Shown: positions 49,649 through 59,923, counted from the stretch's first letter. The stretch: 64,000 bases of DNA from an uncultured Actinomycetota bacterium (GCA_963770565.1 CAVYQE010000002.1:448001-512000); one strand, 5' to 3'. The notes: generated from the sequence alone by a model not told the origin. Made by a program: numbers and translations.

Positions 49649-50068
49649 TCAAGCCTTGGCGTCCACGTCGGCAAGCCCTTTGCGGATCGTGCGCTCGATC
49701 CCCGGCTTGACCAGCCGATCCAAGCCGGGCACCACCGCACCGAACTCGATCACATAGTGCAGATGCGACCCGCTACCGCGCGTGGAGAAGCGCATCGAGC
49801 CGCGGTGATTGCGCAGCGGGCTGCCCTTGGTAATCCGGTAGTCGATCCGCTCGTTCGGCACGGCATCCGTCACGGTTTCCTGGAAGGGCGGCAGAATCGC
49901 GATGCGAAGAGTACGGACCGAACCGGTGCCGTTGCGAGAGGTGTCGCCGTCCCGGACCCGGGTGATCTTGGCACCGAACACGGGCTCGAGGTTCTCGTGC
50001 TCGGCAAGGTAGGCATAGACCCGGTCCACCGGAAGCGCGAAGTCGTAGTCGATCTCGATCCGCTCCAT
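49649..50068 (-). CDS. SRPBCC family protein
   Basis: PVDRVYAYL..GTGSVR pattern. Confidence 0.8.
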   Translation of the reverse strand: MERIEIDYDFALPVDRVYAYLAEHENLEPVFGAKITRVRDGDTSRNGTGSVRTLRIAILPPFQETVTDAVPNERIDYRITKGSPLRNHRGSMRFSTRGSGSHLHYVIEFGAVVPGLDRLVKPGIERTIRKGLADVDAKA

Positions 50069-50081
50069 TCGGCGACGATAG

Positions 50082-51314
50082 ATGAGGAGGCTCGTGAGCG
50101 ACGCCGACGGACATGCGTCGTACCGCCGGGTGTTCGCGGTCGGTGAGTTCCGGGCGCTGTTCACCGCCCAGGTCGTCTCGGTGCTGGGCAACGTCATCGC
50201 GCAGGTCGCGCTGGCCGTCCTCGTCTACGACCGCACCGGATCGGCGCTGCTGTCGGCGTTGACCTTCACGCTGGGGTTCGTCCCCTTCCTGATCGGCGGG
50301 ACGCTCCTCGCGGGTGTGGTGGACCGGCTGCCGCCGCGCCGGACCCTGGTCAGCTGCGATCTGGTCAGTGCGGTCGTCGTGGGGTTGATGGTGCTGCCGG
50401 TTCCGGTGCCGGTTCTGCTGGTCCTGATCTTCGTGGCCGGCCTGGTCGACCCGGTGTTCGCCGGCGTGCGGGCCGCGATCCTGCCGGAGGTGCTCGGCAC
50501 CGGACCCGAGTTCGTCTTAGGACGCGCGCTGTTCGGCATGGTCTGGCAAGGCGCTCAGGTGATGGGGTACGCCGCCGGCGGCCTCCTGCTGGCGGCGGTC
50601 GGAGCTCGCGGTGCGCTGGCGCTCGACGCGGTGTCCTTCCTCGGCTCCGCGATTCTCGTCCGGCTCGGCACCCGGCGCCGGGATCCGACCGCGCCGAGCA
50701 GCGAGAACCTGATGCGCGACTCGCTGCGCAGCGTCGGCGAGATCCTCCGGATCCCACGGCTGCGCCAACTGATGCTGCTGCACTGGCTCGTGCCGACCTG
50801 CGCACTGGCACCCGAAGCCTTGATCGCGCCGTACGTTCATCTGCTGCATCGGCCGACCAGCGACGTCGGTGTTCTCCTGTGTGCGGTCGCGGCCGGGATG
50901 CTGGTGTCGAACCTCGTGATCGGCCGGGCGCTCACAGTTCGGATGCAACGGCGCCTGATGGCGCCGGTCGCGCTGCTGACGGTGGTGCCCCTAATCGCGT
51001 TCGCGGCGCCACTCGGAGTGGCCCTGAGCATCGTCGCGCTCGCGGTCAGTGGGCTCGGCAGCTGCTTCAACCTGGGCCGGGATGCCGCCTTCATCGCGGC
51101 CATTCCGGAGCCGCTCCGCGGGCGCGCGCTGGCGGTCGACGGCTCTGGGCTGATGGTCGTCCAGGGCATCGGTTTCGCGTTCTGGGGGGCCATGGCCGAG
51201 TTCCTTCCGCTGCGATCGACCATCGCGATCGCAGGCATGGCCGGCGTGATAGTCATAGTGGTCCTCACCTGGCCGACCGGGCCGAGGCGCGCATACCGGG
51301 GCAAAAACATTTAG
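50082..51314 (+). CDS. MFS transporter
   Basis: multi-TM; VDRLPPRR loop motif. Confidence 0.88.
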   Translation: MRRLVSDADGHASYRRVFAVGEFRALFTAQVVSVLGNVIAQVALAVLVYDRTGSALLSALTFTLGFVPFLIGGTLLAGVVDRLPPRRTLVSCDLVSAVVVGLMVLPVPVPVLLVLIFVAGLVDPVFAGVRAAILPEVLGTGPEFVLGRALFGMVWQGAQVMGYAAGGLLLAAVGARGALALDAVSFLGSAILVRLGTRRRDPTAPSSENLMRDSLRSVGEILRIPRLRQLMLLHWLVPTCALAPEALIAPYVHLLHRPTSDVGVLLCAVAAGMLVSNLVIGRALTVRMQRRLMAPVALLTVVPLIAFAAPLGVALSIVALAVSGLGSCFNLGRDAAFIAAIPEPLRGRALAVDGSGLMVVQGIGFAFWGAMAEFLPLRSTIAIAGMAGVIVIVVLTWPTGPRRAYRGKNI

Positions 51315-51326
51315 TACGCTACAGAT

Positions 51327-51611
51327 GTGGCGAAGGACCTTGAGCGACGCAGGCTGGCGATCGTCGAGGCGCTCCGGGCGGTCATGGCCGAGCCCCTGAC
51401 CACCGACGAAGCAATCGAAGCCACCCACGCCGAGCCGGCGCCCGCCGGCCGGATACCGGGCTGGCTCGCGCCACTGGACGAGTTCGACGAGACCGGCTGG
51501 GACGAGGAATGGCAGGAGCTCGACGACCCGGAGCGGCCGGTCGTCCCGCCGCTGGAAGCCGCTGGCGCGATGTCGAGCCGGGCGTCGCTCGCGCTGTTCG
51601 GCCACGCCTGA
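51327..51611 (+). CDS. acidic hypothetical protein
   Basis: 94-aa ORF filling the gap between genes. Confidence 0.45.
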   Translation: MAKDLERRRLAIVEALRAVMAEPLTTDEAIEATHAEPAPAGRIPGWLAPLDEFDETGWDEEWQELDDPERPVVPPLEAAGAMSSRASLALFGHA

Positions 51612-51621
51612 GCGTCAGGCG

Positions 51622-52377
51622 CTACGCCAGTCCGGCGTGCATCTCCCAGACCAGGATCTCGGCGTCGGTCACGGCCGTGATCCGCTGACCGCCGGTGGCG
51701 GTGAACCGGACCGCATCTCCCGCGCGGAGCGCGCCGGCCGCCTCGAGCTCGACGGCACCAGTCGCCACGAAGAGATGCAGGTACGGCGCTTCGGGCAACG
51801 TCACCGACTCGCCGGGCGCCAGCCGGGCGGCGTACAGAGCAGCATGTTCGTTGCCGATGTGGATCGCGGTCTCGTCCTCGTGCTTGGCCATCCCTGAGGC
51901 GACCGGCACGAGCGACCCGCGCAGCCGCGCGTCGTCGATCTCCAGCTGCTCGTAGCCGGGGGTGCGGCCGCTCGCGTCGGGCAGGACCCACATCTGGACG
52001 AAGTGGACCGGCTCGGCGTGCTGATCACCGCCCTGCAGCCGCCACGAGTCGTTCTTCTCCGAGTGCAGGATGCCGGCGCCCGCACTCATGCGCTGCGCCA
52101 GCCCGGGATAGATCACCCCGGAGTGCCCGGTCGAGTCCTGGTGCACCAGCGAGCCACGAAGCACCCACGTCACGATTTCCATGTCGCGGTGCGGATGGGT
52201 CTCGAAGCCGGTGCCGGGGTCGACGATGTCGTCGTTGTTGACCAACAGCAATCCGTGGTGCGTGTTGTGCGGGTCGTAGTGCGAGCCGAACGAGAACGAG
52301 TGCTTCGAGTCCAGCCATGAGATCTTCGTCGCGAACCGCTCGTCGGCCCGACGCAGATCAACAACTGCCTGAGTCAT
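51622..52377 (-). CDS. pirin family protein
   Basis: HPHRDMEI, HQDS, HSE. Confidence 0.92.
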   Translation of the reverse strand: MTQAVVDLRRADERFATKISWLDSKHSFSFGSHYDPHNTHHGLLLVNNDDIVDPGTGFETHPHRDMEIVTWVLRGSLVHQDSTGHSGVIYPGLAQRMSAGAGILHSEKNDSWRLQGGDQHAEPVHFVQMWVLPDASGRTPGYEQLEIDDARLRGSLVPVASGMAKHEDETAIHIGNEHAALYAARLAPGESVTLPEAPYLHLFVATGAVELEAAGALRAGDAVRFTATGGQRITAVTDAEILVWEMHAGLA

Positions 52378-52424
52378 GCCACCTCAACTCGACCCGGCCG
52401 CCTGCTGTTCCCGCTTCATCCTGC

Positions 52425-53810
52425 TCACCCCGCGTCGAACAAGACGCCGGGGTTCAAGCGACCGGCCGGGTCGAGCGCGACCTTGATCGCGCGCATCGCC
52501 GCGACCTCCTCGGCCGACCGCGACAGCGACAACCACTCGCGCTTTGCCCGCCCGACGCCGTGTTCGGCGCTGATCGACCCGCCGTACGACGCGATCAACG
52601 TCAACACCGCGTCGGTCACCGCCTCTCCCGCATCGAGCGCGTCGAGGACGTTGACGTGCAGGTTGCCTTCGTTGACATGGCCATAGAGGACCGTCCGAGC
52701 CTGCGGCACCACGGCTTCGATCGTGCCCGGCAACGCCGCGCACACCTCGGCAAGGGCCGCCAATGGCACGGCCACGTCGAGCTTCACCGGCACGCCGGCG
52801 GCGCCCACCGCCTCGGTGTGCGACTCGCGGTAGGCCCACAGTCCGTGCCGGCCGCGCGGGTCGCTCGCGACGACCGCATCCAGCACGAGGTCGCCGGCTT
52901 CGTCGAGGGCAGCCAGCAGATCGTCGGTCGGATCGGCGCGACCGGCACACTCGACGAGGACGTAGGCCGGGTAGTCGGTCGGGAACGGCGCGGCCAGGCC
53001 GGCATGGGCGCGCACCAGAGCCAGCCCGTGCGCGAAGAAGAGCTCAGCCGCCTCCAGCGACTCGAGGGCGCGCATCGCCCGCACGAACTCGACCGCTTCG
53101 GCCGTGCCCGCGACCGCGACGAGGGCCACCACCCGGGCCTCGAGCAACGGCACCAGCTTCAGCCGTAGGCGGGTGATCACGGCCAGCGTGCCCTCCGACC
53201 CGGCCAGCAGTGACACCAGGTCGTACCCGGTGTTGTCCTTGGGCAAGCCGGCCAGTCTGGCCACGACCGAACCGTCGGCCAGCACTGCTTCGATGCCGAC
53301 CAGCTGCGCCCGCATCGTCCCGTAGCGCAGGACCCGCTCACCACCGGCGTTGGTCGCGACCATCCCGCCGACCGTGCACGAGTCGCGGGCGGCGAAGTCG
53401 ACGCCGAGATCGAGGCCGTGGGCGCGGACCGCGTCTTGGAGGGCGGCCAACGTGCAGCCGGCGCCGACGGTGACCTGGCCGGAGACCAGATCCACCGGCT
53501 CGATCCGGTCGAGCCGGACCGTACTCATCAGCACGCAGCCATCAACCGGAACCGACGCCCCGACCAGCCCGGTGTTGCCGCCCTGAATGCAGATCGACAC
53601 CCCGGCGTCGGCGCAGGCCTTGACGACCGCTGCGACCTCGGCGGTCGAACCCGGCCGCACCACGCATCGGGCCCGGCCGTGGAAGCGGCCAGTCCAGTCG
53701 GTCTCGTACGACGCGACGACCGAGGGGTCGTCGAGCACATGCGCGTCGCCGACGATCAGCCGCAGCGACGTGGCCAGGCTGTCACTCGTGACGGACGAGC
53801 CGGCGGTCAC
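52425..53810 (-). CDS. FAD-linked D-2-hydroxyacid dehydrogenase-like oxidoreductase
   Basis: GGNTGLVG, KDNTGYDL, GNLH, SAEHGVG. Confidence 0.88.
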   Translation of the reverse strand: MTAGSSVTSDSLATSLRLIVGDAHVLDDPSVVASYETDWTGRFHGRARCVVRPGSTAEVAAVVKACADAGVSICIQGGNTGLVGASVPVDGCVLMSTVRLDRIEPVDLVSGQVTVGAGCTLAALQDAVRAHGLDLGVDFAARDSCTVGGMVATNAGGERVLRYGTMRAQLVGIEAVLADGSVVARLAGLPKDNTGYDLVSLLAGSEGTLAVITRLRLKLVPLLEARVVALVAVAGTAEAVEFVRAMRALESLEAAELFFAHGLALVRAHAGLAAPFPTDYPAYVLVECAGRADPTDDLLAALDEAGDLVLDAVVASDPRGRHGLWAYRESHTEAVGAAGVPVKLDVAVPLAALAEVCAALPGTIEAVVPQARTVLYGHVNEGNLHVNVLDALDAGEAVTDAVLTLIASYGGSISAEHGVGRAKREWLSLSRSAEEVAAMRAIKVALDPAGRLNPGVLFDAG

Positions 53811-55030
53811 GACAACACGCGCAGGCGGACCGTCTCGGGCATGGCCGCCAGCTCGGAAGGAACCGCGGGTGGGTAGTCCACCGCCACGTCGGTGATGACA
53901 TAGCCGAGGTCGCCCCGGGTGCCGAGCAACTGCCCCTCGATGTTGACCTTGTGCTCGGCCAGCAGCCCGTTGATCGTGGCCAGTACGCCCGGCACGTTGT
54001 GATGCAAGTGGGCGATCCGGTGCGTGCCGGGGCGCTCGGGCAGTTGCAGGTGCGGGAGGTTCACGCTCATCGTCGACGCGCCGTCGACCAGATAGTCACG
54101 CAGCTTTCCGGCGACGTATCCGCCGATGTCTTGCTGCGCCTCCTCGGTCGACCCACCGATGTGCGGCGTGAGGATGACATTGCGCATCCCCCGCAGCTCC
54201 GAGACGAACTCCTCGCCGCGCGCCTTGGGCTCGTTCGGGAAGACGTCGATCGCCGCGCCGACCAGGTGACCCGACTCGAGATGACGGCGCAGCGAGCCGT
54301 GGTCGACGAGGAAACCGCGCGAGAGGTTCAGGAACAACGCGCCCGATCGCATCCGGGCGAACTGCTCCTCGCCGAACATGTCGGCATTGCCGGGTCGTCC
54401 GTCGACGTGCAGCGTCACGATGTCGACGGACGACAGGAGCTCGTCCAGGCTCTCGCAGGCCCGGGCGTTGCCGAGCGCCAGCTTGTCGGCGGTGTCGTAG
54501 AAGGACACCGACATTCCCAACGACTCGGCGAGCACTGACAGCTGCGCACCGATGTTTCCGTAGCCGACGATGCCGAGCCGGCGGCCGCGGATCTCGTGCG
54601 CGCCCGATGCGGACTTGTCCCAGACGCCGGCGTGCAGGTCGGCGCTCTTGTCGGTCAACCGCCGGGTGAGCGCGATGATCTCTGCGATCGCCAGCTCGAC
54701 GACGCTCCGGGTGTTCGAGAACGGCGCGTTGAAGACCGCGATGCCGCGCTCCGATGCCGCACCGAGATCGATCTGGTTGGTACCGATGCAGAACGCGCCG
54801 ATCGCCAACAGGTCCGGCGCGGCCTCGACCACCGCGGCCGTGACCTCGCTCTTCGAGCGGATCCCGAGCAGGTGCACCCCGGCGAGTCGGTCGGACAGCT
54901 CGCCCGGATCGAGCGCGCCACCGACGTGCTCGACGCTCACGCCGGCTGCTTCGAGCAGCGCGACCGCGTCGTTGTGGACGCCCTCGAGCAGGAGGGCATG
55001 CGCGACACCGGACAGGTTGGGTGAGCTCAC
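53807..55030 (-). CDS. serA: D-3-phosphoglycerate dehydrogenase
   Basis: GIRSK, FCIGTNQ, NAPFSNTRSV, GYGNIG, TPHIGGSTEEAQ, ACT domain. Confidence 0.95.
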   Translation of the reverse strand: MSSPNLSGVAHALLLEGVHNDAVALLEAAGVSVEHVGGALDPGELSDRLAGVHLLGIRSKSEVTAAVVEAAPDLLAIGAFCIGTNQIDLGAASERGIAVFNAPFSNTRSVVELAIAEIIALTRRLTDKSADLHAGVWDKSASGAHEIRGRRLGIVGYGNIGAQLSVLAESLGMSVSFYDTADKLALGNARACESLDELLSSVDIVTLHVDGRPGNADMFGEEQFARMRSGALFLNLSRGFLVDHGSLRRHLESGHLVGAAIDVFPNEPKARGEEFVSELRGMRNVILTPHIGGSTEEAQQDIGGYVAGKLRDYLVDGASTMSVNLPHLQLPERPGTHRIAHLHHNVPGVLATINGLLAEHKVNIEGQLLGTRGDLGYVITDVAVDYPPAVPSELAAMPETVRLRVLS

Positions 55031-55186
55031 CGAGCGCCTCAGATCAGGATGGATGGGCCGGGTTCCGGCACCTTCGAGTCTAAGGAACGGCGATTCGTCC
55101 GATCCGGTTGGGCGGTTCGCCCGAATATCCCTGTTGTGAGGAGTCTGCGCGGCGACGCCGCGCGCAAGATGCGCCAGAGTGGACGG

Positions 55187-55768
55187 ATGTCCGCGACGTC
55201 CCTCGAGGACGCCGCCCTGCTGAAGGCCGTCAACAGCGGCGACGAGGGCGCGCTCGAGACGCTCTACCGCCGCTACGGCGGGGCGTGCTTCGCGCTGGCT
55301 CGCCGGATCCTCGATGACAACCAGCTCGCCGAGGACGTGGTGCAGCAGGTCTTCACCGCGCTGTGGAAGGGCAGCGGGTACGACGCGAGCCGGGGGGCGG
55401 TCAGCACCTGGCTGATGTCGGTCACCCACCACAAGTCGATCGACGTACTCCGCCGGGAGGGACCGCGGCGTACCCGGTTGGCGTCCGAGCAGGCGCTGCT
55501 CGAGGTGGCGATGACCGGGCCGGGTCCCGACGAGGAAGCCTGGATGCAGCTGCGGGCCCAACGCACCCGGGAGTCGCTGAAGACCCTGCCGCCCGAGCAG
55601 CGGGAGTTGCTGCTGCTCGCCTACTACGGCGGCTACACCCAGGCCGAGATCGCCGGGCTGACCGGCCTGCCGCTCGGCACGGTCAAGAGCCGCACGCTGA
55701 CTGCGATGCGCAAGCTGCGGACCCTACTCGTCGGATCGGTCGATGTCGACGGGACGGTGCTGCCATGA
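55187..55768 (+). CDS. ECF sigma factor, SigK-like
   Basis: AEDVVQ, LAYYGGYTQAEIA..PLGTVKSR. Confidence 0.9.
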   Translation: MSATSLEDAALLKAVNSGDEGALETLYRRYGGACFALARRILDDNQLAEDVVQQVFTALWKGSGYDASRGAVSTWLMSVTHHKSIDVLRREGPRRTRLASEQALLEVAMTGPGPDEEAWMQLRAQRTRESLKTLPPEQRELLLLAYYGGYTQAEIAGLTGLPLGTVKSRTLTAMRKLRTLLVGSVDVDGTVLP

Positions 55769-56469
55769 CCGGCCACGACCAGTGGGACGAGCTCGCGGCT
55801 GGCTACGCCTTGCACGCGCTGAGCCCCGAGGACTCGGAGCGGTTCGTCGCGCATCTCGAAGGCTGCACGGAGTGCGCGGAGAGCCTGGCCCAGCATGAAT
55901 ATGTCGCTGCCCAGCTCGGCTCGATCTCGCACTTCCCGGACACCGACGATGCGCCTTCGTGGGAGTCGATCCGGGCCTCGGTGATCGGCGCCCGCGAGCC
56001 AGGTGCGCCGGTCGTCGATCTTGCCCAGCGGCGCCGGTATGCGGTGTCTCGTCGGGCTCTCGCCGCTGCTGCGGCCGTCGTCATCGTGGCCGGTGGCGGG
56101 ATCGTGACCTGGCGACTCACCACGGGCGGGTCGTCGAGCTGCGTGGCGTCGAGCGGCTGCCACCTGGTCAAGCTCGATGCCGGCAACCGCACGCTCGCCT
56201 CACTGGTGGTGCACGACAACCGGGTCACCGTGACGCCGACCGACATGCCGGCCGCGCCGACCGGCAAGGTCTACGTGCTGTGGCAGCTGCCGCGCAACGG
56301 CCGGGCCAAGGCGATCGGCGAGTTCACCGCCGGCAGCGGAGCGAACGCCGCCACGTCGGCACTGACCGCGCCGTACTCGGACACTGCAGCGTTCGCGGTC
56401 AGTCTCGAGCCCGCCGGCCCGCCACCCGTCATGCCCTCCAACACGCTCGCCTCCGGTACCGCTCCCTGA
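55765..56469 (+). CDS. anti-sigma factor, RskA-like
   Basis: HLEGCTEC ZAS motif, TM helix, YVLW, FAVSLEP. Confidence 0.88.
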   Translation: MTGHDQWDELAAGYALHALSPEDSERFVAHLEGCTECAESLAQHEYVAAQLGSISHFPDTDDAPSWESIRASVIGAREPGAPVVDLAQRRRYAVSRRALAAAAAVVIVAGGGIVTWRLTTGGSSSCVASSGCHLVKLDAGNRTLASLVVHDNRVTVTPTDMPAAPTGKVYVLWQLPRNGRAKAIGEFTAGSGANAATSALTAPYSDTAAFAVSLEPAGPPPVMPSNTLASGTAP

Positions 56470-56472
56470 CAT

Positions 56473-56554
56473 AGCAATGTCACATTGCCCAGGCGTTTCT
56501 TGGGGTGATGTCACATTCCCCCGGCGATCAGCGGGGCTATGTGACATTGCTTGG
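56473..56554. repeat. REP-like palindrome, family A
   Basis: three ATGTCACAT-type units. Confidence 0.85.
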
Positions 56555-56589
56555 TACGGCGGGCGGCGCCGCGCTGTCAGACTCAGCTC

Positions 56590-57018
56590 GTGGCGAGCAT
56601 CTGGGGGGTGACCCCGCGCCAGAGCGTCGACGCCGCGTGCGCGCGGGTGGGCGTGTCCGGGGTGGTCACGCTCTGTGTGGCGATTCTCGGCGGCGAGGAG
56701 GTCGACCCGGCCTTCCTGCTAGTGATCGGTGGGCCTGGCGCGCGCAACGTTCTCGACGGCCGCGAAGGCGGAGTGACCGGCTGCTGGCCGCGGACCTGGG
56801 CGCTTCGAGCCCTGCTCTACGCGTGGGACGAGCAAGCAAGTGCCATGGTGCTCGCGGCGACGACCGACGAACATTGGCGGGTGCGCGAGATGGCCGCCAA
56901 GGTGATCGCGAAACACCAGCTCGACGAAGGGCTGGAGGCGGTCGGGCACCTGCGCGCGGACCCGGTTCCCCGGGTACGCGCCGCCGCCGCCAGGGCACAA
57001 CGCCGCCTCACCGAATAG
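56590..57018 (+). CDS. HEAT-repeat protein
   Basis: DEHWRVREMAAK, DPVPRVRAAA. Confidence 0.75.
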   Translation: MASIWGVTPRQSVDAACARVGVSGVVTLCVAILGGEEVDPAFLLVIGGPGARNVLDGREGGVTGCWPRTWALRALLYAWDEQASAMVLAATTDEHWRVREMAAKVIAKHQLDEGLEAVGHLRADPVPRVRAAAARAQRRLTE

Positions 57019-57024
57019 CGCTCA

Positions 57025-57107
57025 AAGCAATGTCACATCGCCCAGAGGATCGTGGGGGTGGAGTCACATTGCCCCCACGAAGTGCGGGGCAATGTGACAT
57101 TGCTTGG
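57025..57107. repeat. REP-like palindrome, family A
   Basis: near reverse complement of 40857-40941. Confidence 0.85.
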
Positions 57108-57116
57108 TACGGGGGG

Positions 57117-57794
57117 CTAACCGAGGGCGGCGGCAGCGATTCGGAGATCGGCGACGAAGTTGGCGTACGCCACCTCCTGCTCGTCGGCACGGAGGACCGC
57201 CGACGGGTGAAAAGTTGCCATCGCGAACGCACCGCTGGGCGCGCCGTCATCGCCGTCGTGACCGAAGTCCCGGGGGTGCTCGGCACACGCCGGCCACGGC
57301 ATCAACAACCCCCGGGAGCGGGTGACCCGAAAGCTCGGGCCGAACAACGCTTTCGCAGCGGTTGCGCCAAGGGCGACTACCACGTCGGGTGAGAGCAGCG
57401 CGAACTCCGCGAGGAGCCACGGGCGGCAGGCTTCGACATCGGCCGCGTCCGGGGTGGCATGGATCCGCCGTTGGCCGGCGGCGCCCCGCCGGAACTTGAA
57501 GTGCTTGACCGCGTTCGTCGTATAGATGTCGGACCGGTCCAAGCCGGCTTCATCCACGGCTCGGTCGAGCAACTTCCCGGCCGGCCCGACGAACGGTTCG
57601 CCGCGCCGGTCCTCGATGTCGCCCGGCTGCTCGCCGACGAACACCAGCCGAGCCGCGATCGGGCCCTTGCTGAACACGGTCTGCGTCGTCCCGAGATGGA
57701 GCGGGCAGCCGGTGCAGCCGGCCGCCGCGGCGCGCAACCGGTCGATTCCCGCACCCACGGGTACGAAGTCGGTGGCGCTGCTCACGCCGATCAC
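57117..57794 (-). CDS. udgX: UdgX-like family-4 uracil-DNA glycosylase
   Basis: CTGC, GEQPG, NAVKHFKF, QRRIH, HPS. Confidence 0.8.
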   Translation of the reverse strand: MIGVSSATDFVPVGAGIDRLRAAAAGCTGCPLHLGTTQTVFSKGPIAARLVFVGEQPGDIEDRRGEPFVGPAGKLLDRAVDEAGLDRSDIYTTNAVKHFKFRRGAAGQRRIHATPDAADVEACRPWLLAEFALLSPDVVVALGATAAKALFGPSFRVTRSRGLLMPWPACAEHPRDFGHDGDDGAPSGAFAMATFHPSAVLRADEQEVAYANFVADLRIAAAALG

Positions 57795-57795
57795 C

Positions 57796-59115
57796 TCACG
57801 GCACCGGATCCAGGGCGTCGTACTTTGCGAACGAACGGAATCTAGCCGCTAGCGCACCGAGACCGACCAGGCAGGCGAGCCCGCCCGAGACCACCGCGAA
57901 CTCGGTACCGGCCAGGCTCGCCACCGTCCCGGCCTCGAGATCGCCGAAGCGCGGGCCGCCGGTCACGACGACGACGAAGACCCCCTGCAGCCGGCCACGG
58001 AGCGAGTCGGGGGTCGCGACCTGCAGGATCGTGTTGCGGAAGATCGCGCTGACCATGTCCGCCGCGCCCGCGATTGCGAGCAACGCGAATCCGAACCACA
58101 GCACCCGGGCGAAGCCGAAGCCAGCGATCGACGCACCCCACACGCCGACCGCGATCAGCACGGCCAGCCCTTGTCGGCGGACCCGACCGGCCCACCCGGA
58201 GAGGCCGGCCCCGACCAAGGCACCGACCGAAGGCGCGGCGTAAAGCAGGCCTGCCGTGCCCGCGCCGCCATGAAAGGTATTGATCGCCAACGCAGGAAAC
58301 AACGCTCGGGGCATCCCGAACACCATCGCGTTGATGTCGACCAGAAAGGTCATCAACAGATTCTTTCGAGGTGCCAGGAACCGGAAGCCCTCGGCCACCG
58401 ACCGTACGCCGGGGCGACCCGCGCCACCGTGTGGCGGAAGCGGCGGCAGCCGATACATCGCGTAAAGGATCGCTGAGAACGACACCACGTCGAGGCCGTA
58501 GGCGTAGGGAAACCCGAGCGACCCGATGATCAAGCCGGCCAACAGCGGGCCGGCGGTCAGCGCGGTGTTCTGGCTGATCTGGCCGAGCGCGTTGGCGGCC
58601 GGGATCAGCTCGCGCCGGACCAGCCGCGGCACCATCGAGGTGCGGGCCGAGAAGTCGATCGAGGTCACCCCGGCCTGGATGCCGAGCAGGACGTAGATGA
58701 CCGACACCCGGTCGAGGTGCACCGCGGCCTGCACGAGCAACAGCGCGGAGAGCACCGTCAGCGCGGTGCTCGTGATCAGCGCGAGGCGGCGCCGGTCCAT
58801 CGCGTCGGCCACCGACCCGCCGAGCAGGCCGCCGGCCACCACCGGGCCGACCGTCACGAGGCCGGTCAGCCCGACGTAGAACGACGAATGGGTGAGATGA
58901 AAGACCTGCAGCTGCGCGGCAACGAGGGTGAGCTGGCTGCCGACGTTGGAGACGACATAGCCGCCCCACCACCGGCGGTAATCGGCGCTTTCCCGAAGCG
59001 GGGTCAGATCTGCGGCGACCCGCTGCCACTGGAGGCGCTGACGGCTCGGGATTCGCGGGCCATCCGGCTCGGGCTCGGCCTCCCGCCCGTCCTCCTCGCC
59101 GACCGCCCCCGTCAC
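57796..59115 (-). CDS. MFS transporter (EntS-like)
   Basis: ADAMDRRR, GGPRFGD. Confidence 0.88.
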   Translation of the reverse strand: MTGAVGEEDGREAEPEPDGPRIPSRQRLQWQRVAADLTPLRESADYRRWWGGYVVSNVGSQLTLVAAQLQVFHLTHSSFYVGLTGLVTVGPVVAGGLLGGSVADAMDRRRLALITSTALTVLSALLLVQAAVHLDRVSVIYVLLGIQAGVTSIDFSARTSMVPRLVRRELIPAANALGQISQNTALTAGPLLAGLIIGSLGFPYAYGLDVVSFSAILYAMYRLPPLPPHGGAGRPGVRSVAEGFRFLAPRKNLLMTFLVDINAMVFGMPRALFPALAINTFHGGAGTAGLLYAAPSVGALVGAGLSGWAGRVRRQGLAVLIAVGVWGASIAGFGFARVLWFGFALLAIAGAADMVSAIFRNTILQVATPDSLRGRLQGVFVVVVTGGPRFGDLEAGTVASLAGTEFAVVSGGLACLVGLGALAARFRSFAKYDALDPVP

Positions 59116-59759
59116 GGGTTCAGTCTCTCCACCACCCACTCGTCGTCGCTCAGCCGGTAACGCAGCCGGTCGTGCAGGCGGTCGTTGCGACCCTGCCAGA
59201 ACTCGACCGTCCACGGCCGGACCCGGTAGCCACCCCAGTGCGGTGGGCACGGCACGTCCGTCCCGTCGTACCGCGCCGCCAAATCGGCTACCCGCTGTTC
59301 GAGCTCGTCACGGCTGTCGAGGACCTGCGACTGCTCGCTGGCAGCGGCCGACAGTTGCGCGCCTCGCCCCCGGCTTGCGAAGTATGTCTCGGACTCGGAA
59401 CGGCTCGTCGGTACGGCGACACCACTCACGATCACCTGCCGGGCGATCTCGTGCCAGGGGAACAGCAACGAGACCCTCGGTTCGTGGGCAAGTGCCAACC
59501 CCTTGCGGGAGAGGTAGTTGGTGAAGAAGACGAAGCCGTCGTCGTCGGCGCCCTTGCACAGCACGGTCCGGCTGCTGGGAGTGCCGTCGGGATCGACGGT
59601 CGAGACGACCATGGCGTTGGCCTCGGACAGGCCGGCCGAGCGGGCCTCGGAAAGCCACCGCCGCCACAGCTCGATCGGCCGAGCCGGCAGGTCGCGGCGG
59701 GCCAGACCACGGGTGCGATTGTCCTGGCGGATCCGGGCCAGGTCGAGTGGTTCGCTCAC
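59112..59759 (-). CDS. pdxH: pyridoxamine 5'-phosphate oxidase
   Basis: FFTNYLSRK, WGGYR, EFWQGR..RLHDR. Confidence 0.95.
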   Translation of the reverse strand: MSEPLDLARIRQDNRTRGLARRDLPARPIELWRRWLSEARSAGLSEANAMVVSTVDPDGTPSSRTVLCKGADDDGFVFFTNYLSRKGLALAHEPRVSLLFPWHEIARQVIVSGVAVPTSRSESETYFASRGRGAQLSAAASEQSQVLDSRDELEQRVADLAARYDGTDVPCPPHWGGYRVRPWTVEFWQGRNDRLHDRLRYRLSDDEWVVERLNP

Positions 59760-59923
59760 CGCTTGACGTTCTCACGGACCCGATCTGAGCGCCCGCCGAG
59801 CGAACAGCTACCGGCGAGTAGCACAATGGACGCACGGCAGCGTCGCCGTCACGCCGATAACGCCACCCCGGTAGGCGCGCCGTCATCTCGCTCACAAGGC
59901 GAGGCACGAAGAGGAGTCCGCTC

